DNA from: a virus
DNA length: 64,000 bases
Reading direction: 5' to 3' (one strand)
Virus record (IMG/VR): IMGVR_UViG_3300020123_000219
Coordinates: 1 to 64,000 of that record
Made by a program: the position numbers and the translations under genes. Numbering within the stretch: the first letter of the stretch is position 1; every line of letters begins with the position of its first letter. Shown here piece after piece: positions 8,439 through 18,261 of the stretch. The notes beneath the pieces were generated by a model. That model was not told where the DNA came from, made no database searches, and saw only the letters and a list, made by a program, of their open reading frames with translations.

Positions 8439-9698
8439 ATGGCGAAACTAGGCGACATCGCGACCATGCAGGTCGCGGGCCGGCCAGTCGTCGGCGACGA
8501 CGACACCCTGCACGACGCCTGGCTCATCTGGGTACGCATCCGCAACAGCGTCACCGACAGGAACCGCAAGGCAGGAGACGGCCAGCCGCTCCCCTGCAAG
8601 CCGATGACCCTCGACGGCGTGCCCGGCTGGGTGTGGCAGGGACACATCTCCGACGCACGCCGGTTCGTGTTCCCGCCAGGCCAGCCACGGGAACACCCGT
8701 ACACCCCCGCCACCTCAGACCCCGACGACATCCAGCGTGCCAAGAACAACTTCAGCACCGTGCACTCGCGGCTCACCAAGTCCACCGCGAACCTGGTGAA
8801 CGTCGAAACTCACCGTCCCGACCCGTCTATCTGGTGGGTCCGCGACGAGTTCTCCGGCGTGTCACTGCCGGAGGGCAGGTACCGGGTGCTGCTCGCGATG
8901 GCCAGGGGCGAGGAAATCCCCGACCAGCCCGAGCCCGCCGCCCCCGCGCAGCCGGCGCCCGAGGTCCCGGCCGCCGGGGCATCGCCTCCGGAGAGCGCAG
9001 CGACGGTCTACATCTGCCGGTACCGCGACGCCGCCGGGTGCGCCTACACCACGACGGTCCAGGGATCGCTGTACTCGCACGCCGAGGCCGGCACCGTCCA
9101 CACCCGCCACGAGATCCCCCTGCAGATCTGCCCGGTCTGCGGTGACGGGTTCGACTCGCCGCTCGGCAGGGCCTTGCACCTGTCGAAGGCCCACAACGTG
9201 GCGAAGGATTCCGTCCAGCGGAACCTCCTCGACCTGGAGCAGACCACGAAGCTGTGGGCGAAACGCGAGGACAAGGCCGCGAGGACAGCCGCAGCAGGCG
9301 GGATGAGCCCAGGCACGACCCGTGACATGGCGGACCCTGACATCGAGGCGGCCATCGACGCCTTCACCCCCCGGAAGCCAGAGCCCGCCGTCCAGGCTCC
9401 TGCCACTCCTGGTCCCGCGCCTCTCAGCGACTTTGCGGGACCAGGCCAGATGGCCCTGATCGGCCAGTCTCCCCCGGAGTTCGCGCTGCTCCCGCCCGAG
9501 CCGCAGCAGCCTGCAGGGATCGGCAACCCGGCCGTCGAGGCGGTCAGGCAGCTCGTCAGCGACTATGACAAGGCCGTCGCCGAACGCAACGCCGCCGTCA
9601 CCGAACTCCAGGCACTCCGCAAGCAGCAGGCGCAGCTGGCCAACATCAAGGCCGCGCTGCAGCTCGCGCAAGAAGCCCTCGACGACGAGGGAGCGTAG
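8439..9698 (+). CDS. C2H2-like zinc-finger / coiled-coil protein
   Basis: CPVCGDGFDSPLGRALHLSKAH, a second degenerate finger upstream, C-terminal heptads. Confidence 0.75.
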   Translation: MAKLGDIATMQVAGRPVVGDDDTLHDAWLIWVRIRNSVTDRNRKAGDGQPLPCKPMTLDGVPGWVWQGHISDARRFVFPPGQPREHPYTPATSDPDDIQRAKNNFSTVHSRLTKSTANLVNVETHRPDPSIWWVRDEFSGVSLPEGRYRVLLAMARGEEIPDQPEPAAPAQPAPEVPAAGASPPESAATVYICRYRDAAGCAYTTTVQGSLYSHAEAGTVHTRHEIPLQICPVCGDGFDSPLGRALHLSKAHNVAKDSVQRNLLDLEQTTKLWAKREDKAARTAAAGGMSPGTTRDMADPDIEAAIDAFTPRKPEPAVQAPATPGPAPLSDFAGPGQMALIGQSPPEFALLPPEPQQPAGIGNPAVEAVRQLVSDYDKAVAERNAAVTELQALRKQQAQLANIKAALQLAQEALDDEGA

Positions 9699-9737
9699 GA
9701 TGCCCGGAATTACAGCAAAGTAGTAAGGGAGCCTCCA

Positions 9738-9986
9738 TTGCCGGCCGAATCCCGCACAGCGGACATCCTCGAACCAGGTGACGTTCTGCTGACGCCCGCA
9801 GAAGTCGCGACGCTGTTCAACGTCAACCCCAAGACAGTGACCCGGTGGGCAGCAAAGAAAAAACTGCGCCCGGTGCTCACCCCAGGCGGTCACCGCCGCT
9901 ACCGCAAATCCGAGGTCCTGGCATTCTTCAACGGCGCCGCAGGAAGCCAAGACGACATCGGCGACGATTATGTACGAGAATGCTGA
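9738..9986 (+). CDS. BldC-like MerR-type HTH DNA-binding protein
   Basis: LLTPAEVATLFNVNPKTVTRWA...TPGGHRRY closely resembles actinobacterial BldC. Confidence 0.88.
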   Translation: MPAESRTADILEPGDVLLTPAEVATLFNVNPKTVTRWAAKKKLRPVLTPGGHRRYRKSEVLAFFNGAAGSQDDIGDDYVREC

Positions 9987-10593
9987 CCTGATGGCCGTGC
10001 GCTGCCCCACATGCGGGGTAGTGCACGGCCTGAGCGAGGGAAGGCAGAGGCTAGCCTCGCAAGAGAACAGCACTAAGCCCCCTTACCATTACGTGAGATG
10101 CCCCAACGGCCACGCGTGGTATTACGAAACCAGCACGGCATTCAGGGCAGCCCCTGAGAAGCTGTTCACCCGGCTGTGCTGTCCTGGATGCGGGCTGCCG
10201 TTCGGCGTCAGCATCGAGTACCTTGCCGCCAGGAAAGGCAAGCTCATCACCTGCCCCAACGGCCACGGGAACGGCTACGCCTGCGGCCAGCCGGAAAAGA
10301 AAGTAGCCGCGAGAAACCCTGCCGGCACGCGCGTAGGCGACACCGCGAGAGACGCAGCATTGTCCAGGCTCACGGAGGCGTTCGTCGCAGGCGAGATCAG
10401 CCACGATGAATACGGCGACCGCTCGGCACGCGCCCTCACCGCTAAGACAGGCACGGAACTCGCGGAACTGACGGCTGACCTTCCCGGCAGCGCCTCCGGT
10501 GCAGGCCGCCACTCGCCTCTCTGGGACTACCTGCCCGTGACCGCGCTGGTGATCTTCTCGCTGGCAGTACTCGCGATAGCCATTCTCGTGTAG
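9970..10593 (+). CDS. zinc-ribbon + DUF1707 (SHOCT-like) membrane protein
   Basis: Two CPxC...CPNGH repeats; RVGDTARDAALSRLTEAF...ELAELTADLP; C-terminal TM helix. Confidence 0.75.
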   Translation: MYENADLMAVRCPTCGVVHGLSEGRQRLASQENSTKPPYHYVRCPNGHAWYYETSTAFRAAPEKLFTRLCCPGCGLPFGVSIEYLAARKGKLITCPNGHGNGYACGQPEKKVAARNPAGTRVGDTARDAALSRLTEAFVAGEISHDEYGDRSARALTAKTGTELAELTADLPGSASGAGRHSPLWDYLPVTALVIFSLAVLAIAILV

Positions 10594-10619
10594 AGCACAC
10601 GGCAGGAACCGCAAAGGAA

Positions 10620-10808
10620 GTGGAAAAGGAAATGGGAACTGCTGACGGGACGGTCGCCAGGGCAACAGCCAACGCCGTCATCGGCGCGGCGGACGGGAAG
10701 AAGGTGACCGGTGACACCATGACGGCGGTCGCCACCGCAGCCGTCGCGCTCAGCCTCCTGGAAGTGGCCGCCGCGATACGTGAGCTGGCAGCGAAGGCAC
10801 AGCCATGA
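10620..10808 (+). CDS. hypothetical protein
   Basis: SD and operon packing. Confidence 0.5.
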   Translation: MEKEMGTADGTVARATANAVIGAADGKKVTGDTMTAVATAAVALSLLEVAAAIRELAAKAQP

Positions 10809-10905
10809 GCGAGAAATGCATGAGCTGCACGAACGCCGACTGCGGGCTCCCCAGCTACAGCCACTGCGGCGGCTGCGACTGCTGCAGGCAGAAAGGGAAA
10901 GGAAC

Positions 10906-11325
10906 ATGACCAGCGCAGCCCACGCCGTCAGCAGCGACGACATCTGGACGTTCATAGAAGCGAACTGGATCTGGGTCCTGATCTTCGGCGGCGGGATCAT
11001 CGACTTCCTGCTCGAAACATTCGACGCCGGCATCGGCTCGATCGCCAGGGCAGGCCGCCGCCGCCACCGCCGCCGGATGGAACGGCTGAGACTCCAGCTG
11101 AAGATAGAGAAAGCCAGGGCAGCCACCCAGGTGCAGCTCGCCGGGGACAACAGCAGCCAGTTCCAGGCCGGACGGTCACTGACCATGCCCCGCCCCGGAC
11201 GGTGCGTGCACCGCAACGTCACCGCCGTCGTGGCCAGCGGAACCGACGACGTAGTCGCCTGGCTCTGCAAGACCTGCGACACCAAACTGCCCCCCGACTG
11301 GGCCGTCCGCGAGGAGGACCTGTGA
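10906..11325 (+). CDS. hypothetical membrane protein with C-terminal zinc motif
   Basis: GAAAGGA SD, TM segment, CVH...CKTC. Confidence 0.65.
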   Translation: MTSAAHAVSSDDIWTFIEANWIWVLIFGGGIIDFLLETFDAGIGSIARAGRRRHRRRMERLRLQLKIEKARAATQVQLAGDNSSQFQAGRSLTMPRPGRCVHRNVTAVVASGTDDVVAWLCKTCDTKLPPDWAVREEDL

Positions 11326-11675
11326 GCATCCTGTCCTGGGACAAGCCAGGGAAGATCATGACCGAGGACGAATGGCGGTCCATCGCCGCCGACGGCGCCC
11401 CTCCCGGCGTGTACACCCCGAACATGTCCGCCGAGGACGCCGCCCGGTGGAAAGCCAAGATCATAGGAAGCCACGGGGACCACCCGCGAGTCGAGATCCG
11501 CAAGAGCGCACGCGGGGTGCAGCTGCTGATCGTTGTCTGCGAGGACGAGGTCGCGATGTCCATGAACGGCACCGCCAAGCTCACCCTCACCGATTACACC
11601 GACATGCTCCAGGCAGTGGTAGAGGCACGGGTGGAACTGGCAGCGCGCAGCGAAGCGAGGGAGGAAAACCGGTGA
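11322..11675 (+). CDS. hypothetical phage protein
   Basis: GTGA-coupled start; GAPPGVYTPNMS. Confidence 0.65.
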   Translation: MSILSWDKPGKIMTEDEWRSIAADGAPPGVYTPNMSAEDAARWKAKIIGSHGDHPRVEIRKSARGVQLLIVVCEDEVAMSMNGTAKLTLTDYTDMLQAVVEARVELAARSEAREENR

Positions 11676-12085
11676 CGTTGCCCAGGGCAACGCCCGCGTC
11701 CAGCCGTAGGATGCTGATCGCTAACCGGTCATCACGAGCGAAGAAACGCGTCACCGCGCCGGAGAACAGGACCGTGGAAACCATGCGGCGTCCCCTGTCC
11801 GGCGGCGGATGCTGGTGCCAGCTCCCCGCCGCCCACGACTGGCCCGGCCGCGACGAAGGCGCACCTCACCCCCGCCGCGCCATGTGGGCGGGGCTAGCCC
11901 GCCAGCCGTACGATCAGGGGCCGTGCCTCAGCGAGCACTGCGACCGGCAGTCCGAACCCGGGGTGTGGTTCTGCTGCGGGCTGTGCGCCGAGGCGGCGGA
12001 CTTCCGCCGCGAGACAGTCGTGCACGCCGACCCCTGCAACGAAAGATCCGGCGTCCGCGTCGGCCTGAAAGGAAAACGAAAGTGA
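11672..12085 (+). CDS. Cys-rich hypothetical protein
   Basis: GTGA overlaps at both ends. Confidence 0.5.
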   Translation: MTLPRATPASSRRMLIANRSSRAKKRVTAPENRTVETMRRPLSGGGCWCQLPAAHDWPGRDEGAPHPRRAMWAGLARQPYDQGPCLSEHCDRQSEPGVWFCCGLCAEAADFRRETVVHADPCNERSGVRVGLKGKRK

Positions 12086-12840
12086 AATTCCGTCTCGCTG
12101 CCGCCGTGATCACGGCGGCAGCTGCCCTCTCGGCAGCGGTGCCCGCCGCAGCGGCAGGGCACGGCAAGGGTCACTGGACGACCTGTAAGCCGTTCTTCCG
12201 CCGCACGATCTCCGGTCCCTGGGGGGCCTACATCATCCGCGATGACGTGTTCACGCTCCCCGGGCTGGCCACGACCATATGCATCCGCCACCAGCGGGGC
12301 ACCCCCGCGTTCGCTGTCAGCTCCTCCGACGCTGCCTCCCCCGGGCCTGCGCTGGCCTACCCCGAAGTGTTCTACGGCTGCGTCTACGGTGCCTGCTCAC
12401 CCGGAACGATCCTCCCCTCCCCCCTGCACGGAGGGGAACACGGCGTCAGCGCGAAGGTGCGGAAAATGAGCGTCTCGGTATTCGACAAGGCCCGGCGCAA
12501 GGGAAAATTCGACACAGGCTTCGACATCTGGCTCACCCCGGACCGGCAGACCGGAGGTCAGGCAACCGGCGCCGAGGTCATGATCTGGCTGCGCGAGCAG
12601 GGAGTCCGCTTCACCCCCCGGTGGCGGGTCCGGGCCGGGGGGATCTGGTGGCTGGCAGAGGAATGGCGGACCTGCCACTCCAACGGCCTGTGCTGGCCGC
12701 TGATCATATTCCTGCGCGAGCACCAGCACTCCTACGCCAGGAAACTACCCCTCATGCCGTTCTTCGCGTTCGGCGAGCACCACGGCTGGATCAGGAAAAC
12801 GTTCTGGCTGGAATCAGTCGAGCACGGATTCGAGATCTGA
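12082..12840 (+). CDS. secreted GH12 endoglucanase-like protein (possible premature TGA)
   Basis: Signal peptide; YPEVFYGC...CSPGT, FDIWL, AEVMIW (nucleophile), SVEHGFEI (acid/base). Confidence 0.82.
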   Translation: MKFRLAAAVITAAAALSAAVPAAAAGHGKGHWTTCKPFFRRTISGPWGAYIIRDDVFTLPGLATTICIRHQRGTPAFAVSSSDAASPGPALAYPEVFYGCVYGACSPGTILPSPLHGGEHGVSAKVRKMSVSVFDKARRKGKFDTGFDIWLTPDRQTGGQATGAEVMIWLREQGVRFTPRWRVRAGGIWWLAEEWRTCHSNGLCWPLIIFLREHQHSYARKLPLMPFFAFGEHHGWIRKTFWLESVEHGFEI

Positions 12841-12887
12841 TCCGGCGGCACAGGACTAGCGTGCACGTTCTTCCGGGTGTTCCCGTA

Positions 12888-15285
12888 ATGGCCGCCCTGA
12901 TAAGCACGGTAGCCACGCCTACCGCCGTGCACATCTTCGACACTAAGGTCGTTATCGTGGCCCAGGACGGCCAGGTCATCGAGATCGCACGGAAGCTGCC
13001 GGAGGTCCTGCGGAAACCGGAGAAGAAAGAATGACCTCCACCACGACCGCGACCATCTGGTGCGATGCCCCCGAGGGCTGTCCCGCCAACGTCACAGGGG
13101 CGACCATCCTCGACGCGCTCAGGGCAGCCGGGCGGCAAGGCTGGCAGACAGGCGACCACATGCACGGCGAAGCTGACCTATGCTCACACCACGCACCGCA
13201 GGGAAGGGACACCCCGTGCATCCCGCGCAGGAACTAGCCGAGGCAGCGGCGATCATGCGAGCAGACGCAGGGTTCTGCGGCCTCGTAGGGAAAGTACTCG
13301 ATGACGCAGCTACCGAATACGCCCAGCACTCCCCCGAAATCCAGGCCATCCTCGCCGGAACCGGGGACGCAGCCGACCTCCGCGTCGGCATCGCCCGCCA
13401 GATTCTGCAGCTGCCACGACCCGCTGGTGTTCGGGCACCAGTGCGCCGGGCACTGGACGGCACGGCAGGCACGCACCCTGTTCGAGAGATCGGCACTGCA
13501 GATGACCGGCGCGCTCAGGGACCTGAGCGCGACAATCGAGCAGGCCACCCGGAGCCTTGGTGAGCACCGCGTCGTCCAGCCGCCTGATCAGGGACGAGGG
13601 GAGCTGCGTCATCGCCGTCGAGGAAAGCAACCCTGACGGCACCGCGCAGGCACTGTGGGTCCGGGCCGGCAGGGTGTACGACGCCGGGAAGCTACGCGAC
13701 CAGCCCGGACTGTGGGTTCACTACCAGGAAGACTACATGCGGGCCACCCTCGACGGCCCCGTGCTCATCACTCCCGCCGTGTGGCGGCTCCTGGTGAAGG
13801 AAACCAACGCCAGGCTCAGGAAACAGAAACGGTACCTCCGCCGGTAACGGCGCAGGGAAAGGAAAACAAGTGGCAGGTAAGAAACCGTGCCCGCGATGCT
13901 GGTCCGCGCCCGGCTTCGGCTGCGAGCACGACCAGACCGCGCCCGGCATGCACGACACCGGGCGCACGCACACCATCAGGCTGGCAGGCAAGAACGAAAC
14001 CGTTCCCGTCCGCGTGTTCTGCGACGGACGGTGCACCACCTGCGGCGGCACCAGGGAGGTAGACGCATGACAGGCTCCCCGTTCCCCCCGCCCGAGTTCG
14101 AGGAAATCCGCGACCACGTCCGCGAGCACGGCGAACCCTACATCGGCGGGCTGTCCCTCAGGGGCACCGCAGACTCCGCTGTCATCTCCTGCGAGAACGG
14201 CTGCAACATCATCGACACCGGCAGGTTCACCGACTACCACTTCCTCTGCCGCAGGGCGATGGACCACGCAGGCGAAACCGGGCACAGCGTCGCCATCAGC
14301 TGCAGCCAGCAAGCCGTCTACGGCCCCTACACCTACGAGCCGTCGCCATGATCAGCGAAGTGCTGTCGTGCCCGGTCTGCGCCACCGAACTCGACGACGA
14401 GCAGTGGTGCACCGGCTGCGACCGGCACGTATCGGACGAGGAAATCGCGCAGCACCAGCGTATTTGGGGTGACATCTGGTATGAACCGCGCTAAGGAAGC
14501 CCGGATGAGGCAAGTGATCAGAAATGTTCTCTACCGCTTCAGCGACTGGCTGTGCGCCCATCAGCGAACCTTCGAGCTGGGCAACTGGCTCGGGGAACTT
14601 GGCTGGAAGCTGCGATGACCCACGCTAGCGGCCAGCGCATCGAAGTGATGCTGGTCGATCCTGACGACCCGGCGCGGGACATCGAGATCTTCGTCTACCC
14701 CGCACACCCTCCGCACGACCCCTGCGGAGACGGCGCATGCGGCTGCGCAGGGCGAAGCATGCTGCTGACCGACCAGCTCGGACGCGGGCTGCTAGACCAG
14801 CTGCACACGTTCTACGACCAGGGAATCCAGACGGTGAAGACCTATGAACCTCGTTAGCGAGCACATGATCGACGCCGCGTTCGCGGCCTACATAGAAGAT
14901 CACTGCCTCCCGTACATGGCCCGCGCCAGCGAGTACATCGACGACGACAGCACCGGGAGCCTGCGCGAGACCCAGATCGGGGAGCTGAGGGAAGCCGACC
15001 GGGAAGCCGACCGGATGAACCGGGAGTTCCTGCGGAAGGTTCTCGAAGCAGCGATGCGGGCGTGGGCAGCCGACGAGCACACCCGCCTGGGCGAGGAGAT
15101 CGAGGATGGAAGGTAACTGCACCGGGGTCACATCGACATGCACGTGCCTGTGCACTCCGTGCCTGGGCGGCGACCATTGCGACACGACCCATGACAAGTG
15201 ACCCGCTGCTGACCCCCGCCGAGCACGCGGTGCTGGACATCACCGAAATGCTCGCCGGGACGATGAAGAGGAAGAGGAAGAATGA
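12888..15285 (+). other. cluster of small hypothetical early genes (e.g. 13031-13237, 13557-13847, 13870-14070, 14067-14351, 14615-14857, 14844-15116)
   Basis: Short, translationally coupled ORFs, many with Cys/His pairs; no family recognised. Confidence 0.55.
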
Positions 15286-16331
15286 CGACTGCCAGCGTTG
15301 TCCGCGTCGCACCGCCCAGCCTCGAACGGCGGTCCCGCGAGCAGTGGCTGCAGCAGCGCCGGTCCGGGATCGGCGGGTCCGACATCGCGGCGATCCTCGG
15401 CTTCGATGACCGCCGGACCGCGCTGGACGTGTACTTCGACAAGAAAGGCATGGGCGAGGCCCGCCGCACCGCGCAGATGGACGAGGCCGCGCGGTTCGGG
15501 CACCTCCACGAGGAACTGGTCGCCCGCGAGTTCGCCCGCCGGGCCGGGCTCCGGCTCTACCCCTCTCCCGGGACGCTGGCCCGCGCCGACAAGCCGTGGA
15601 TGCGGGCCAGCATCGACCGGCTCGTCGCCACGCCCCCCGCCCGGCGTGCCCGCACCGTGAAAGTGCCCCTGGAAGTCAAGACCCGGTCCGCGTACCAGTC
15701 CCAGCAGTGGCAGGACGAGCCCGCCGACCCGCCCGCGATCCAGCTCCAGTGGTACCTCGCCGTCACCGGGGCCAGCCACGGCTACCTCGCCGCGCTCATC
15801 GGCGGGAACAGCCTGCGCTGGTACCGGGTGGCCCGGGACGACGAGCTGATCGGCATGCTCATCGACGCGGGCGAGGAATTCATGCAGCGCCTCGCCGACG
15901 ACAACCCGCCCCCGCCGGGCGGGTCACCGCGCACCGCCCTGCTGCTGGACTCGGTGTGGGACGCCGAGCCCGGCAGCTTCCTGAACCTGACCCCGGAACA
16001 GGCGTCGCACATGAGAGCCATGCGCACCGTGGTGAAAACGTGCGATGCCAGGATCGAGCGGGCCACGTGGCGCCGCGAGGCCGCGATCAACGACATGAAG
16101 ATGATCATGGGCGACGCGGAAGTCGCCGTCGCGGGCACCGAAGTGCTCGCCACCTGGCGCCGCAACGGCACGTTCCGGCAGAGATACCTGACCGCCGACC
16201 ACCCCGACATCGCCGCGAAGTACTCGAAGTCAACTGTGAAGATAGACACGAAACGGCTGCAGGAAGACGAACCTGACCTGTACCGTGCCTACCGCAGCCG
16301 CGCCTTCCGCATAGCAGACGGGACGACATGA
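15282..16331 (+). CDS. YqaJ-like viral recombinase exonuclease
   Basis: WLQQRRSGIGGSDIAAILG, ASIDR, LEVKT, QLQWYLAVTG. Confidence 0.93.
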   Translation: MTTASVVRVAPPSLERRSREQWLQQRRSGIGGSDIAAILGFDDRRTALDVYFDKKGMGEARRTAQMDEAARFGHLHEELVAREFARRAGLRLYPSPGTLARADKPWMRASIDRLVATPPARRARTVKVPLEVKTRSAYQSQQWQDEPADPPAIQLQWYLAVTGASHGYLAALIGGNSLRWYRVARDDELIGMLIDAGEEFMQRLADDNPPPPGGSPRTALLLDSVWDAEPGSFLNLTPEQASHMRAMRTVVKTCDARIERATWRREAAINDMKMIMGDAEVAVAGTEVLATWRRNGTFRQRYLTADHPDIAAKYSKSTVKIDTKRLQEDEPDLYRAYRSRAFRIADGTT

Positions 16332-16537
16332 TGCCGGACATCATGGACTGGCCGTTCTGGCTGAAAGACGACGGAACCATCGAGTGCATGCTCGTCACTG
16401 CCAGAACGGAAGACGGTGACCGCAGGCTGACGTACTGCGGCCTGCCGATCCTGCAAGGGAGCACCCTCGGCGAGCTGCACGACAACATCGAAGGGCATGC
16501 CAGGCACGTCCACGGGCACGAAGCGGAGAGGCCGTGA
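16328..16537 (+). CDS. hypothetical protein
   Basis: ATGA-coupled to yqaJ. Confidence 0.55.
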   Translation: MMPDIMDWPFWLKDDGTIECMLVTARTEDGDRRLTYCGLPILQGSTLGELHDNIEGHARHVHGHEAERP

Positions 16538-16590
16538 TCCATGGCCACGTACCCGAAGTCTGGCAAGCGAGCTGACCCAGGGAGGAAATA

Positions 16591-17871
16591 ATGATCGACT
16601 CGAATCTACTGCTTGATCAGCCGGGAACGGTCGTCGCGGCGCTAGCGCGCAGAGGCGTTGCGTCGGATCTCGTCCTTTCCGCCAGGGATGCCCTGATCCT
16701 TCGCCGGACTATCTTGACTGAGGTCGAAGGGCTCCGCGCCGAGATGAACTCGCGCTCGAAGCAGGTCGGGAAACTGATCGCGGCCAACGATCCGAACGCC
16801 GCTGGCGAGCGCGAGGCGCTGGCGGACCTCAAGTCTCGTCTCGCCGAGAAAGAGGTCGCGTTTCGGGAGGCTGAGAGCAACTCACGATCGCTCCTGCTAG
16901 TCTTGCCGAACTTGCCCTCACCGAACGCACCAGATGGTCTCGACGAGTCGTGCAATGTTGTTCTCCGGGTCGAAGGACCTCCGGCTGACAAATACAACCC
17001 AGCGGACTACCGCCCGCACTGGGAGGTCGCGGGCGACCTTGGAATCTTCGATCCCGAGCGCGCCGCAAAGCTGAGCGGTTCTGGTTTCTCGTTGCTCTCT
17101 GGTGACGGGGCAAGGCTGATCCGTGCTCTCGTGCAGTTTGGCCTCGACCTCAACCGTGATAAATACCGTGAGGTCCTTGTCCCGCACATGGTGCGCAGCG
17201 AAGTCTTCGAAGGCACTGGTCACCTGCCTAAATTCGCCGATGACGCTTACAACACCACCCTGGACAATCTGTGGTTGATCCCGACCGGTGAGGTTCCACT
17301 GACCGGCATGCACCGAGGTGAGCTATTCGAACAAGATGAACTGCCGAAGCGTTATATGGCGTACTCGGTCTGCTTCAGGCGAGAAGCCGGATCGGCCGGG
17401 AAGGATACGCGAGGCCTTCAGCGGCTTCACGAGTTCCATAAGGTCGAGCTTGTTCGTATCTGTACGGCAGAGACGGTTCAAGACGAATTTGAGGGCCTGC
17501 TGGCGGATGCCGAGCGGCCTCTTCAGCTTCTGGAACTGCCTTACCGGGTTGTCGACCTGGCTGCGGGCGATCTTACGTTCTCGTCCTCACGCATCTTCGA
17601 CCTAGAGGTTCACTCGCCCGGCGTCGATCGCTGGCTCGAAGTCTCTTCAGTCGGAAACTTTACCGACTTCCAGCCCAGGCGAAGCAATATCCGATACCGC
17701 GCCGGAGCTGGTCAGACTAGGCCGCCCTACTACCTCAACGGATCGGCCATGGCTACTCCGCGGATGTGGGCCGCAATTATCGAGCACGGCCAAAGGGAGG
17801 ATGGCACGGTTGCGCTTCCTGAGCCGCTGGTGTCCTACATGGGCAAGAAAGTGCTGGAACCGGAGAAATAG
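16591..17871 (+). CDS. serS: seryl-tRNA synthetase
   Basis: N-terminal coiled-coil arm, GHLPKF, LIPTGEVPL, motif 2 FRREAGSAGKDTRGLQRLHEFHKVE, EVSS..NFTDFQ, motif 3 LNGSAMATPR. Confidence 0.97.
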   Translation: MIDSNLLLDQPGTVVAALARRGVASDLVLSARDALILRRTILTEVEGLRAEMNSRSKQVGKLIAANDPNAAGEREALADLKSRLAEKEVAFREAESNSRSLLLVLPNLPSPNAPDGLDESCNVVLRVEGPPADKYNPADYRPHWEVAGDLGIFDPERAAKLSGSGFSLLSGDGARLIRALVQFGLDLNRDKYREVLVPHMVRSEVFEGTGHLPKFADDAYNTTLDNLWLIPTGEVPLTGMHRGELFEQDELPKRYMAYSVCFRREAGSAGKDTRGLQRLHEFHKVELVRICTAETVQDEFEGLLADAERPLQLLELPYRVVDLAAGDLTFSSSRIFDLEVHSPGVDRWLEVSSVGNFTDFQPRRSNIRYRAGAGQTRPPYYLNGSAMATPRMWAAIIEHGQREDGTVALPEPLVSYMGKKVLEPEK

Positions 17872-17891
17872 CGTGGTCTCAGTCGGGCGGC

Positions 17892-18209
17892 GTGGTTCTC
17901 ATGACCTTTAACCACGTATCGGCGTGGCCGGGCTACCTCGGGGTGTTCAACGCGGGCCTGCTCACAGGCGCGGTCATCGCTGCCCTGGTGCTCCTTACCC
18001 GGCGCCCCCGCCCCCGCCCGGTTCAGGCCACGGTGCTGCGCTGCCTGCGGGTGCAGGTGCGCCTCACCTGCGACTGCGGCAACCAGCAGGAAAGCGACGT
18101 TCCCTACGAGGACGGGATGAGCGAGGTCGCGGTGACCTGCGACGAGTGCGGGGAGACGCTGTGGATGGAAGTTCCGCCAGAAGTGGCTGCTTTCCTCAGC
18201 GAAGAGTAG
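17892..18209 (+). CDS. membrane-anchored zinc-ribbon protein
   Basis: TM helix, CDCG...CDECG. Confidence 0.6.
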   Translation: MVLMTFNHVSAWPGYLGVFNAGLLTGAVIAALVLLTRRPRPRPVQATVLRCLRVQVRLTCDCGNQQESDVPYEDGMSEVAVTCDECGETLWMEVPPEVAAFLSEE

Positions 18210-18261
18210 ATGTCAGACCCTGTGGATACGATGCTGCCAAAGCGACGAGAAAGGAACCAGG

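Noticed and set aside
12838-12840. Genome-wide TGA-to-Trp recoding
   Set aside because: Many genes end in TGA with ATGA/GTGA coupling, and Trp is encoded by TGG elsewhere.
16591-17871. serS as evidence of a host-chromosome or prophage boundary
   Set aside because: It is flanked on both sides by co-oriented phage genes (yqaJ, recT), with no other housekeeping genes, att site or integrase seen.
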